DNA of 64,000 bases from Amoebophrya sp. A120 (Eukaryota; Protista; Dinoflagellata): the NCBI GenBank assembly GCA_905178155.1, contig CAJINV010000006.1:3409636-3473635 (forward strand). The letters are read 5' to 3'. The notes under the pieces are model-generated. The model made no database searches and was not told the DNA's origin. It saw only the letters and a program-made list of their open reading frames with translations. Positions 22,343 to 35,800 of the stretch are shown piece by piece; position 1 is the stretch's first letter, and each line of letters begins with the position of its first letter. The position numbers were made by a program, and so were the translations under genes.

Positions 22343-24144
22343 TCACGCATCAAGTGGCACGATGTGGCATCCAAGCAACCCAGTTCCACTCCAGGAACGT
22401 GTATGCATTGCAAATATGTCTGGGTCTGGAAGATTCTTACATTTGTCATGCATGTCTGACATGACTCGAGCATCTGTGATGCATGGGCACGAAGTGGCTC
22501 TCCTATCTGTCATGTAAAAACGTTGTTTTTCATGCGGAATACGCAACACATAGCAGCTCAAAAATTTTTCATGCTTGGCTGCGTATTGCAATCCGGCTAT
22601 CATCCACTTTTAGCATTACAAGTTTCCAGACCCAGACATTTTTGCATTTGATAACGCGGAATCAACTCCAATTCTCTTTCCTCTCTCCCGCTGAGAGCAT
22701 TAGTTGTCTGCACGGTTGCAAGCACTGGTTGCTGTAGTTCTTGTGCCGTTGTGTTTGTGTTCGTGGTCGCCGCAGCAGCGTCCAGCATCGGTGCTGCGAT
22801 GAGATGTTGATTAGCACTTGTCGGATTACTGCTTAGTGCGCCATTATTTCTCGTCCCTAGTAGGAGTTGTGGCCCATTGGTCATCAGATTCAAGCTGGCC
22901 AGCTCATTACCACCCGACGAAGCATCTGCCTCTTTCCGCTCCATGATATCCCGTTCGACCAACAACACCACGGCCTGTCCGGCGACCACCTGCGTTTTGA
23001 TTTCCCGGAAGCAGTCGGCGACCGTCAGCGTTTTCGGCTGGCCGAGCGTAACAGTTCCGAACCGTTTCACTAAGTCACCAGGGAGAACGCCCGCTTCTTC
23101 CGCCGGGGACCCGGGGAAAACCTTGTCAATCACCGCGAAGGGCGGGCCGCTGCGAAGTTTCAGTTTGTTTGAACTTCCGGCAACATTATTATTGCTGGAC
23201 AAGCCCGACGCAAAAGAGGTAGAGTTTGCTATCGGCACCGAAACACGGGAGAGCGCGTGCAGGGACTGCAACGACTGGTCGATTTTCCGCATCACAGCCT
23301 TGTGGTCGTTCTGGTAGCACGCGATTTTGTTCCGCGCGTCTCTATCAACTGCAAATAGGTCTGGGTCTGGAACAAGACTGCCAGGTTTGTAATGCATGTT
23401 CTGCATAACCGACAAAGCCGGTACTACCTGGCCTAGCATCACAGATTTTTAGAGGGCTTTGCCTTTGCGATGCCTATGTATTCCGCATGAGAAATGCATG
23501 GTCATGCAATACAGATTTTTTTAGAACCCAAAGACAACATCACAAGTTGAATCCTTCCCGGACCAGACATATTTGCAATTCATAGTCTCTAACTTGATAC
23601 AGGTCAATATCCGCGCGTGGGAACCCCTCCGCGTCGAGTAAATTTCCGGTCAACCCCGGCATATTCGGGGCGGTGAGAAACTCGGTCAATATCTCGATAT
23701 TCCGTTCGAGTTTATCTGTATCCTGTGCAAAAGCATCGTACTCGTAGTAATTGCGATTATGCATTACAAATCTTCATCCCAAGGTAAAACAGGATTACAA
23801 ATTCCATTTGTCATGCTGAGGTAATTTGTAATGCAAGTAGAAGTACTACTAGTCCGTTGCTTTTGCAATTTATAATCTTTCTGGGCGATCAAATCTTGCA
23901 ACACCTTCCGCATCACTTGCTCACCGAGAGCGGTTCCTGTTCCTGGATTCGTAGTTCCTGCATTATTCTTTTGCTGCGGCTTGGCGGCGGTGTCGGCCGG
24001 TGCTTTGGTAGTTTCTTGAGAGGTGGTTGTAGTTGAAGCCGTGTTGTCCACCTCGCCGGGGTTTTCTGCAATTGAAGCTGCGAAGGAAGCCGGAGGGGCC
24101 ATGGAGGACGGAGCGTCGACTGGGGGTCGACGAAGGTTCAACAT
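22343..24144 (-). CDS. PSMD9: 26S proteasome assembly chaperone p27/Nas2 (Nas2_N plus PDZ), 4 exons
   Basis: LLDAEGFPRADIDLYQVR|DARNKIACYQNDH; PFAVIDKVFPGSPAEEAGVLPGD; LIPR|SWSGTGLLGCHIVPL; introners 22402-22653, 23343-23584, 23719-23874; start may instead be 24102. Confidence 0.92.
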
Positions 24145-25213
24145 TGTACTCTACTTCGAGCTCCTTGCACTTGCAGTAGCAGTTGAGAAAGAAGCACTAG
24201 GGCACAATTCGAATAAACAATGAATCCACCAGGGGGATGGATCGACAGTGTCAGCTACGCTACAGAATTCCAATTCTCAATCGCATTTTATCGAAGGACT
24301 AAAAGGGAAAACATAAACATGGGGGAAAAAAATGAAATGAACATACTAAAGTCGGAGTCGCTGTGATCATGAGAACGAGGAGCAGATGAAGATGTGTGAC
24401 AGGTACAACAACGTGGAATGAAGATCAGTTTCAAACTAAGACCACACATCCTCCTCTCAAAGACAAACAGGGTAATTGAGTTTGTTGTTGTTCTCAAGAT
24501 CTTCAAATTCAGTAGTCATTTTGGTCGTCCTCGTCATCCAATAATTGTTGAAAACACATGTGTCCTCATGGGGTCCTGTATTGCGATGAGAAACTGCTCC
24601 CAAATGTGTTTTTTGTACAGCAGAAGTGGGTCAAATCGGACGGGAGATTTGTCCAAGCATACACGATGAATATCATTTGGCTCCTTGTTTGTTTCTCTTG
24701 TTTTCCACATTATTTTTTGAAATTCACATTTCTCTACTATCAATCTTGAGACGTCCTCGGGCACCATCAATTCGTGCGCTAGTATCTTTTGTTCTAGAAG
24801 AAGTTGGTAATATATGATAATTGCGACTTTTTTGTCGGTCATCGGCGCGGGGGCGGGACTACAAGTATTTTCTGTCAGACAGAATGACCGCTTCGTTCAT
24901 ATCGGACTGCTGTTCTACGTATTGCTTGAGGCTTGCAGTTTCGACTAGTAGATTAAGTCAGAATACACTTGAGATGTCGGGTCTTTTGCTACAGGGAACG
25001 AGTTTTGAGTTTTCTTTGCTTTCACTACATCTTGATAAAAGTAGTCCTAAGTGTCTGTGTCTATAGTGTACCTACGAGTAGTAAAAAAAGTCGGCGTGGT
25101 TCAGACTTTTTTTTTGTTTGGTGTTCTACTTCAGTAACGAGCGTTGGTTAGGAATCACCAAGAAATTAAAGACCCATCTCCATCTCCATCACCACCTTTC
25201 CTCTTCAAAAAAT

Positions 25214-28200
25214 CTAAATCCGATCCGCGATGCTGCTCCGCGTGCAGCCGCAGCAGTTGGGGTGGTGCTTACCGTCAAACGCGACGCTATCCACTGCAAA
25301 AGTATGTTATTGCATTTATGCATTACAAATCTCTTTCTCAAGGTGAATCAGCATTACAAATCAAATTTGTAGTGCTGGGCTAATTTGTAATGCAGTTTAT
25401 ACTAGTACGATGCTTTTGCAGTTCATACACGTTCTCCTTTGATGACTGTTTCGGGCAGTACAACCTATCAAATGTAAAAGTGTCTGGGTCTGGAAACTTG
25501 TGATGCTGGGTAGCGTTTCATGATGAGCCCACAAATGCTACCTCAGCATGACAAGTTTCTGAGTTTCTAGGTGTTGCCCATGCTGCATGACAAACTGCGT
25601 TTCTGCATCGCAGAAAAGTGGAGCTCTTGGGTAACGTGCATGACAGATTTAAGAGTCATGCCAGACAAGCATGACAAACATGCATTCTTCCAGACCCAGA
25701 CATTTTTGCATTTGATACAACCTCCTGCAGCCCAACAAACAGCACCAGTACTCGTAGCACCCGTAAAACAGTCCCCGGGTGTATCCTGCGTAAAAACGTC
25801 CCCAGCCGCCCAGAGCTGTCATGCAGATTTGCAATCACAGGAACATTTGTCATGCACAGGCCCGTGAGAGGCATTTCCCGGTCGTGTGTTTTGAAATTTG
25901 TAATGCTGTAAACGGGATGAAGCTATGGGTTTGTGATGGGCCTGTCCTTGCTCAACTACCCTACAATACAGAGGGAAACTTGTCATGCGCGACTCCCGAA
26001 ACTTCTGCATCTGTCTTGCAGATTTACCAACTTGTTGACTATGGGGTGGGGACGTTTTTGCTTAGAATAGGGTTGGGCCGGTCAGCTTGTAGGTTTGGTT
26101 GTACTCCAGGTGCAGGGAGTGGATGTTGCGGGTCCGATCCGCGATACCCAGCCGGTCCCAGTAGTCACAGTAGTCGTCCCAGCACATCCAGAAAGAGCCA
26201 TCATCCTTCGCCACATGGATCTTCGCCTTGACCTGTATTGTGATTTCCACATCGACATCCACGCATCACAAACGCTGACTTGCTTGCAGCTCGTGCATGA
26301 CAAGCTTTTTCGAGTTTCTGTGCGACTGGGATATGTAAAACATGATTATCATTATGCACGTTCTGCATGACAGACAAAGCCGACCTGCTAAGTATAGTAC
26401 CGCTGGAAACTCTTCCCATTTCGCCGAGTTGTCGCCCCAGTCACCTTTCCACTCACCCCCGCCCCACGGATTCCGGATTCGCACGAGCCTATCCTTAGAA
26501 AAAAGGGCTACAGTAGGTACACGTTTGTTGGAACTTCAGCAACACAAACTTGCTCGGCATGGCAGAGTAGAAAACTTGCAATGTTGCAAAGATTACAAGC
26601 GAATAAAACACATATGAAACGAGGCATCTACTAAGCATGTCCCGCATGACAGGACTTGTCTGCCTTGCTGGTCCTGCAACACTATGTGTAACTGTGACAC
26701 TTTTTGCTGGGGGTAGAGCTTCAAATGACACGGGCCCGTCCTGGAGGATTCCTTGAATTCTTATCCACAGCAAATAATTTGCCGGACACGTTGTACAAAT
26801 GCAGTTTCTGCATGACAAAACTTTTCTGTAATCCATCCTGTTCAGCACGACAAGTCGATGAATTCTCAACAAAGGTTGATGCCCAATTGCAATTTGTGAT
26901 GCATTTTGTACGTCGTGCACGGGGACGAAAAATTTGTATTGCATAGCTCTTGCGCGTCGAGGATGGAGTACGCGTGCCCGGAAACTAATCCGTCCATCCG
27001 CTGCGCGCCATATGGATTGCAAAAGTGTCTGGGTCTGGAAGAATGCAAGTTTGTCATGCTTGTCTGGCATGACTCATAAATCTGTGATGCAGGAGCAGGA
27101 AAAGGACCTCTTGTCTGTCATGCAGAAACGCAGTTTGCCATGCGGAAAACGAAACACAAGAGCAGCTCAAAAATTTGTCATGCTTGGCTGCGTATTGGAG
27201 TGCGCCCACCAGTCACACTTTAGCATTACAAGTTTCCAGACCCAGACATTTTTGCATTTGATACGCCAGAGGCACAGAGCACCGACCCCCGCCGATTATG
27301 CAAGGCAAAAGAAACGATTGCGATGTGAAACATGCATCACAAAACTATTTCTCACGACGAAAAGTAGGATAAGGAAAAACAAAGAGGATCTGTCATGCAA
27401 ATCCTTGCATTGTCACTTTTGCCGAGGATAGCGGTTGTAGCGAAACAAAGTGTCCCACATCTCGTCCACCGAAAGCGTTTCGTCCGTGCCCTGCAGGGAC
27501 CCGTTGCGCTTGTCCCTGAAAGAACAACAAGTTGTGTTGCAGAGCTACGACGAGGAAGTGGTTTTGACATGCACATCAACCATGATCAGCATCAGCATTT
27601 TCATGAAAAGCGAACGTTTACGTTGATGCTGTTCCTGCTCGTACGTAAGTACTATGTTGGAGTTGGTTTTCGATTATTTATACCTGGCCACCGGTCGCAG
27701 GCAGTGTCGGCACACTGGGTGCTTCGACGGATCTTCTTGATTCACGAAGTTTGGTATGGAGGCGTGACAAAGTTATCAACATCACCCACAGTTGTAGTTG
27801 TCGTGTCTCGGGACCACAAACGGAGCACAATCAAAAACGTCGCACCGTATGTGCTGGACCTTCACTGCCACTGCGCCGGGCTATCTATCTAGCGCGTCAT
27901 GTGAAGCTGGTAGGGGCGCGCGTGTAAATACTATATCTCTTCAACGGGCGGCGGGGACGCGGCGCGGGGGCGAAGCGGCAGACTGCAGCGTAGCAAGGTC
28001 TTGCATTCTCGTAAGCGCGCCTGCGACGCATCAAATAGGCAGTTGCGCGGGCAGTTGCAAGGAAGGGCTGGGAGGGTTAGGCGCCATTCCGAATCGCGGG
28101 GACTTCTCAGGAAGTGCATGTTTAGCCCGACCACGTGCAAGCGAACCAATACCAATGGTGCCCAGTGCTAGGACATAGTGGAAGAGGAGCTACGACTGCA

Positions 28201-31200
28201 AATTCTTCATATGCAAGCTGCAGCTTGCTACTTTTCTGCAAGAATCGAAGTCGAATCTGAGTGAGCAGCTACGGAGGGAGACAGCTAGAACCGTGCGCGG
28301 TGAGGATTCTTGCAACAGCTGCACTTTCGTACCCCACCTCTTCCACCTGGTGCCGCCCGACTTCTCCTTGGAATACCACCGGCAGTGGTCCCCCGTCATC
28401 GCCCGCAGTGCCCAAATCGTGCTTCCCCCCTCCAGGTTCTGGTAGGATCCGCACAGTTTCTATCCAAAACAAATTTATTGCCGTCCACGATGTACAAATG
28501 CAGTTCCTCCATAACAATAGTTGTGCTGCAACCCTATTCAGCATGACAACTTGCATGCTTTGCCTGCTCGAGGAGATTAGATTTGTGATGCATTTCGTAC
28601 ACTGTGCACGGGAATGAATTTATAGTGCATAGTTTTGCAAACGCCTTCTCCAGCAGCAGCACCCACAATTCCTCCCCGTATGCATTGCAAACATATGCAT
28701 ATCGCACTAGTAGTAGGAGTCGCATTACAAATTTTCGCAGTATGACAAATAGAATTCGAATTTGTTGTAATGCTGATTTCGGCTTAGTAAGCACATTTGT
28801 CATGCGGTAGTACCACGAGTGCGATACTCGTCTCTCAGTGGATACTCCGTTCGGCTGCGCAAATTTCGGCTTCGCCACCCCAGTATGCAGCGCAAAAGTA
28901 TCGCACTCGTATAAATTGCATTACAAATTTCCTCAGCATGAGAAATAAAATTTGTTATGCGGATTTACCTTAAGAGAAAGATTTGTAATGCATGGCTGAA
29001 TACGAGTACGATACTACTTTTGCACAGGATACCCAGATCGCTCCCACGCGTCCCGATCGCACGGAATGTAGTCGTCGATGGTAAACACGCGCCATTTAAT
29101 CCTCTAGAAAAGTTGTATCATCATCATGTAGTGGACACCCTCTCCCAGCGCCACAGGTCAAGGATCCCCTCCCCGGGGGGTGGGCGAGGAAGCGCTTTCG
29201 GCAACCTCATCATACAAAAGCCGAGCGCTACCACGGCAAGTCGCCCCAAGAAAAGTGCCAACCAGTCGGGAGCTACCCACCACACCTGATCAGTACAGCC
29301 CGGCCAGCTAGCCGAGCGCGACAGCCCAACATACAGAACGATCCAGGACCCGACCCATTTTACGCCATACGTTTTTGTTCTCACGGAAGAGACGACGCAC
29401 CCCTTTGGGTTAAGGGGCGAGACTCTCCCCTAAGCCGCAGCCCCGCCCAGACTGGGGAGGCTGGACCGTTTGTGCCTTACCTGCGGCACGGGCGAACAGA
29501 GCAAGTGCACGGACCACAGTTGTCAAACCATAGACCAGTAGTAAGTGCGTAGTAAGTGCGTAGTAAGTGCGATATTGCATGACAAACCCATTTTCTATAC
29601 GGTAATTTAGAATGAGAGATTCCATTTGTAGTCATGCTGAGAAATAAATTTGTAATGCGATAACTCCTACCACAGTACGATACTTTTCTATCTTGCGCCA
29701 TACACTGCCCGCGACAGCCATCCGCGGTTCCGTCGAACAGTTGGATTTTGTACTTATTATGCATTGCAAAAGCATCGCACTCGTACTAATTGCATTTATG
29801 CATTACAAATTTCTGTCTCAAGTTAAATCCGCATTGCAAATTTTGTTTCTCATGCTGAGGAAATTTGTCATGCGATTCATACTATAGTACGATAGTTTTG
29901 CAGTGCATAATTACCCCGCGGGTCCAACTCTTTGGTCAGAAACAAATTGTCAATGGCCCCGGGGCGCTCCGCCATGCAGGCCATCGCGGCCATCAGCCAG
30001 CAGTCGCCGATCTGGCCTTGCAGAATGTCCGTGGCGGAGATGCCGTCTTGGTACAGTTGCATGTTCGAGTCCGTGAGTTTCCCCTGGATCAGCGATTGGT
30101 AGAGCCGCTTGGTCATCGACGGTCGTTTCGGTTTCTCTGACTTGCCACCACCGCCAGCGACTTTGGATTTCTGTGGAAAATTTTGTTTTAAGTGGTTCTA
30201 TGCATGACAAACCAATGTGACTTGTCACTCCTGCATGACAAAAGCTCGCTCTGCATGACAAATTCTTCTATACCCCAAACTCCCCCGCTCGGAGCCACAC
30301 CACCTTCTCGTGTATCGTCGCCGCCTGGCCCAGTGTGTCAGGTGCAAAAGTAACGTACACTATGCTATGCAGCAATTGCAATATTGCATGACAGATCTAT
30401 CTGTGTACGCTAATCAGCATAACAAAGTCCTCCATTTCTTATGCCAAGAAAACTTGTAGTAATGCAATTTCTACTATAGGTACGATAGAAGTTTTACGAT
30501 GGATACTGTGCAGCACTGTCGCCTCCCACATTCCCAAGCGAACTCGGACAGGGCGGAAATTTATGGTCGACGTAACTCCAGGCACAGCAGGTCCAGATGA
30601 TCCCGAAGCAGCGGCAGGTCCAATCGCAGGCATGGCAGCAGAAGCAGCAGAACCGGTGGAAGGAACGCTTCAAGTGGATCCCGAGGCAACTGCAGCAGTA
30701 GATCCGGATAGCGTGGTAGCACAGCACGATGGGGGAGAAAATGATGTTGTACAAACAGCACGCGTTGCCCTCCCGCGCGTCAAAGCAGCAGCAGTATTCT
30801 GAGCAAAAACGTTCCCATCCCAGAGTTGTCATGCAAAAACGCATGCTCAAAATGCTTCTCATGCGGATCCCCATGACAGGCATTTTCTCGTCGTGTTTTC
30901 GAATTGTAATGCCCCGATCAGCATGGTGGGTGCGATTTGTGATGCGTCTGAACGAGGTAAACAGGATGACAGTACGAGGTCGAACTTGTCATGCGCAACA
31001 CCCTAGGTGTGTAGATTTGTCTAGCAGATTTCCCATCTTGAATATGGGGGGGGGGGACGTTTTTACTCAGGATAAGCAGCAGTACTTCCGTACCGGGGTG
31101 GGTTCTTTCGTTTTCGGGTCGATGCCCATCTTCTCGACGTAGTCGAAACAGGTTTCCTATGACAGTGCACAACTCCCCCTCCCCGTCATTTGTATTGGAT

Positions 31201-31477
31201 GAACGGCAATTACAAGCATCAGCAAGAATGCCGGTTTTGCATGATAAAGTTGCACTGCAGCGTAGTGCAATTGGGGATGCCAGAACTTGTCATGCAGACA
31301 GTGCCAAGAGGCAAAGGGTAGATTGGGTATTTTGCATGACAAATGCGGGGGAGGGAGCATTGTGCACTGTCATATTTCCCCCCGTGCATACCCCTCCTGG
31401 TAATCAAACTGCCCGCGCTCCTTTTCCGGGTTAGTGGACAGCCCGAGCTGCCGGGCCACCTCGCCCGGGGCGGCCAT
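25214..31477 (-). CDS. Calpain-family cysteine protease (peptidase C2, CysPc) with Cys-rich termini
   Basis: Catalytic triad motifs QGQIGDCWL, GHAYSIL, IRNPWG; also TIDDYIP, ELWVLLLEKAFAK, DDGSFWM; about 17 introner introns. Confidence 0.92.
29119..29537 (-). mobile_element. 5'-truncated retroposon fragment with (ATG)n tail, inside an introner
   Basis: (CAT)3 plus gtagtggacaccc...ggtcaaggatcccctccccgggg, shared with 50725-50801; (gtagtaagtgc)3 at the other junction. Confidence 0.65.
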
Positions 31478-32889
31478 TTTGCGGTTTGTTGTAAGGGCTG
31501 CGCTAGTACCTACTATAACGGTACTTGTTCGGGTCCTGTCTGGCGGTTGTACCGATTACGTTTTTTTGTCGTCCTCCGACGACGCAAATCATACCAGGAA
31601 TCAATAGAACGACCGACCGACCGACGACGACGGGTCCAAGTTTGGACATGAAAGATGCACGATGGTTTCTTAATACGCTGACCTCCCAATATTTACACGG
31701 ATCGATCCTGCTGAAGGTCCGGTCGCTCTACTCTCATATCACTCCATCAATGTGGTTTTTGACACTGACGCACTCACATTACACACCTGAAAGCGCTGTC
31801 GTCGAGTGCTGGTGATCTCGTCTCCTCCGCTACTTCTTGTAGTACCAGGCCTCATGATGAAATTTCTCCAAGAGATGCTCAATTCTCTGATGACTTGGAG
31901 ACGATGACTTTTTCAATTTCGCCCAACGAATAAAGGAATCCACGACTACGAAGATTATTTAAGGCAAGAATCTTCAAACATGTGGAGTAACAAGAAGAGC
32001 TCCATCATGCGCCGTGATCGACTTCGACACAAGCACAACTTCATGTCATCTTTTTTTAGAAGCAAAACTGCTTCAGCGCCGATACTTTCTGCCAGGTCCT
32101 GTCAGCTGGAAGAAGCAGAGAGAAATGGTATGGGTAAAAGCCGCGCATTGATATTTCGTCCTGGTCCTCCTGGAGGGTATTTTCTCTTTCTATGAGTGCA
32201 TTCAAAAATAACGTCACAAGACGTTGATCCGCAAGTGGGGGTTGCATCTGTATCATACTTCGCAGCTATTCCTATTGTGCGTGCTACTGCTGTATTCTCG
32301 AGCGTCAGATTCTGAAACGGTTCTTCGCGTTGTATCATGATCATTTCAGATAAACAAGAATTTCAGGTGCTGGAAGCAGTTGGTAAAAAATACGGGCAGA
32401 AGAAGTAGAAGTCGTGATGTCATCGGTCGTGCAGTAAAACTTAAGGCAGAAATAGGTACAGTTGGCGCAGTTCGGCAAACAGAAGCATGAGAAATTTGTT
32501 TAAAACTCAAATCTACATCGTATGTGACTGGAAATAAAAAGCATTATGGATGAGTTCTTCTCCGCGTTGTTGTGGGTTTCTCTCTCTACCTAACAAGTTC
32601 AACTGGTCGTGAATTCTGCACTAAAACTACTACCTTGACTGCACATGAGTGTTGAAACTACTGCAACCACTGTTCGGCGGTCGTGAAACCGTACGGAATA
32701 AGCTTAAACTTTCACCAGTTTTTATTGTGTTTTTTGCGATGATGTTCTTGACAGCAGGAAAATCATAACAAGAAAGTACATTATCATAAGTTGGACCGCA
32801 AGAAAGAGCCCGATCGCCACCTAGCAGGTACGAGGTACTACCGGAGGTATTCAGGAAGTTGCTGCCTCCGCGAGGAGACTACATGTAGC

Positions 32890-35800
32890 TTAATACTCTG
32901 CTCCTGCAGATGCCGGCCCAAGAACCTCGGCGTTCTCGTCAACTTCCATGTTGGGAATAGAAGAGCTACCATCCTGCTCTCCCGCTCCGCAATTCCTTCG
33001 ATTTATTTTCGCTCCCTCCAAGCACGCATTTTGTGCCACACTGTACTTCACCACCAGATTGGCCACCGCCTCGTAGAAAAGTTCAGCCGCATGCTCGAAC
33101 GTTAGCATCGGGAAGATTGATTGCGCGTTCTGTCCAGGAAGATTTTTGTAGCCGTTATGATCCTTGTCATCTTGCAGGAGCGAAGATTCCTCAAGTAGGA
33201 ATTGGTTCACTAATTTTCGGGTCATGGAGCCCACGTGCACTTCTTCCGTGGTCCTCTCCGCGATCGATGTACTCGCGCCATCCTGATCCGCATCCTGTTG
33301 TGAAGATGCTTGATCAAGTTGTTCCTGCTCCGCTTTTTTAGTTTTACGACCCCCCTTCGCATCTTCCCGCATGAACTTGAGAAAGCTCACCCTTTTATCA
33401 AACAAAAAAGTGTTAAGGTTAACGTTAACGGTAGCAGTCATGCATTACAAATTTTGCCTCCCATGCATGCTACGCAATACAAATTTGGGCACCTTTTCTG
33501 ATGCGTTACCGCATCACGCATTCCGTTAAGGTTAACACTTTTTCGTGTGATATCTTTTCGCCAGCAAATTCGCCTTCATCACGTTGTAGGTTGTATAGAA
33601 GCTCGAATTGTCAAGAATTTCGTCCTTTTCCCTGATTTCCCCTATCTATGCATTGCAAAAGTAGCGTACTAGTATAAACCAGCCATGCTCCGGCTGCCGC
33701 CGGAGCGCAGGGCTGTTGGGCCGGGGCAAGACTGTTTGCCGATCGGACCACATTTCTTTGGTCTAATATGCACAACGAAACATACTGGAGTCCCGCTCTT
33801 TCCGCCTGTTTGCGCCGCGCCAACCCGCAGGACCACTTGCGCGCTTCCCGCGCCTGTGGGCGCTCTGCGCAGGGAGCAGCTGCAAAGAACACCGGGGGCG
33901 AACAGAAGCCGCCAGGCGCGAGAGGGTAGCGCGAGAGGGTGGCGCGGGAGGGTGGTGCGGGAGGGTGGCGCGAGAGGGTTGCGCGAGAGGGTGCGCGAGA
34001 GGGTGGCGCGAGAGGGTGGCGCGGAAAGGCGCCGAACAAAACAAGTCCACGACTGGCCTGCAGTGCCAAATATGGGGACTTCCATGCGGATTCGCGCCCG
34101 CCACTTTGCGTTTTTACCCTCTCGCAGACCTCTCGCAGACCCTCTTTTTGACCTCTTTTGGGGGTCCCCGCTAATAATCCGGCTATACTCGCGGGTAGAG
34201 GTCGACAGAGGTGGCCGAGAGGTGGCCAAGAGGGTCCGCGAGAGGTCGCCCCTTATTCGCGCCACCTCTCTCCACCTCTGTCGACCTCTCGCGCCCCCTC
34301 TTTTTGACCTCTCTGCACCCTCTGAGGCACTTAGGCGCCGCCTTAAGGTGGGGCCTTCGGCGGGCTATACTCGCGCACCCTCTCGCCGACCCTCTCGAAA
34401 GGGGGTCCCGCGCCACCTCTCCACCTCTGTCGACCTCTTTTTTACCTCTTTTGACCTCTTTTTGACCTCTCGGCCACCTCTCGTTTACCCTCTGTCTACC
34501 TCTTTTTTCGCATGAATATAATATATAGTAATTGCATTACAGGAAATTTCGGCAAGAAGATGAAAAGTGGGATTTGTAATGCTGTTTTACCTTAGGAGGA
34601 AGATTTGTCATGCATATTTGCAATTAGTACAACGAGTACGATACTTTTGCACAGCATACGGTCTTGACAAAACTGATTAAAGTTTCCAAATACTTCTTCT
34701 TCACTTTCTCCAGAAAGTACAGCTCAATTTCCGTCGACTTCAGCAACTGCTTCGTGTAATAGAGTTCAGGCTGGTGGGTAGGAGGCGTACCAGGAGGGGT
34801 GGAGCTGTTCGATGTGTAGTAGTTTTCTGGTGGACCTCCAAGAACAGTAGAGCTGGTTCTACTAGTACTCTCGAGCGCTGTACTAGTGCTGCTTTCGCTC
34901 GTTCTTGCGCCGGAGGTCGTTGCGTCACGGCTGCCACCGGTTGTTGGACTATGTTGATCAGCTGCAGCTAGCGCCAAGCCACTCAGTTGTGATATCAAAA
35001 TGAAAAATCCCCCGTCCCCATATTGAAACGGAAATTTCTGTTGCTGGATTTGTGTACACAAATCAGCTCTGTCTTGCAATGAGGCACTGCAGGCAAAGCC
35101 TCAGCCTGCGCAGGGGTGTTTTTGTGTAGCTGCTTAGCATAGCAGAGGCCTTCGATGTAGGCGTAACAGCATGACAAATCTCCGGTATGATTATGAAGCG
35201 GCGGACTCTTTGGATTTGCCTCCTCGCAAGAGAGGCAGGATTTGTGGTCACAAATCAGCATCACAAATTTTTAGCAGCATGCCTTTTCAGTATGGGGAGG
35301 GGGGATTTTTCCTCTCAATATGTGAAGCGAAAAACTCAGTTTGTAAGTTCGTGTCGTACTCTTCCAGCGGTTTTGTGATTTCGGTTTGGATATCAACCGT
35401 AAAAGTGTCGGGTCTGGAAGATTGTGACACTTGTCATGCACGTTTTGCATGAGCCATGATGTCTGTGATGCATACCCTAGCAATGCAGATTTTTTGATGG
35501 CTTCTTGATGCCTATCCCGCATGACAAACGCCTTCTCAGCGTAGCAGAAATTGCATTCCCTTTGGTACTCATGCAATACAGATTTTTGTGGCATCCAAAT
35601 GCAGCATCACAAGTTGCATTCTTCCAGACCCAGACATTTTTGCATTTGGTATTGGAATTTTTGTTGCAGCCACTCTTCGTCGAAGAAGCTGTCAATGGTC
35701 GAAAATTTATGGTTTCTTGACGACGTAGTAGTTTGTGTTGCACTCCTAGCAGGAACTAGAGGATTTATTTTCGTCTCTACTACTGCCCCCAGCTGTGTCT

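Noticed and set aside
24534-24842. 102-aa minus-strand ORF between PSMD9 and the calpain
   Set aside because: No recognisable motif or other support; a small gene cannot be excluded
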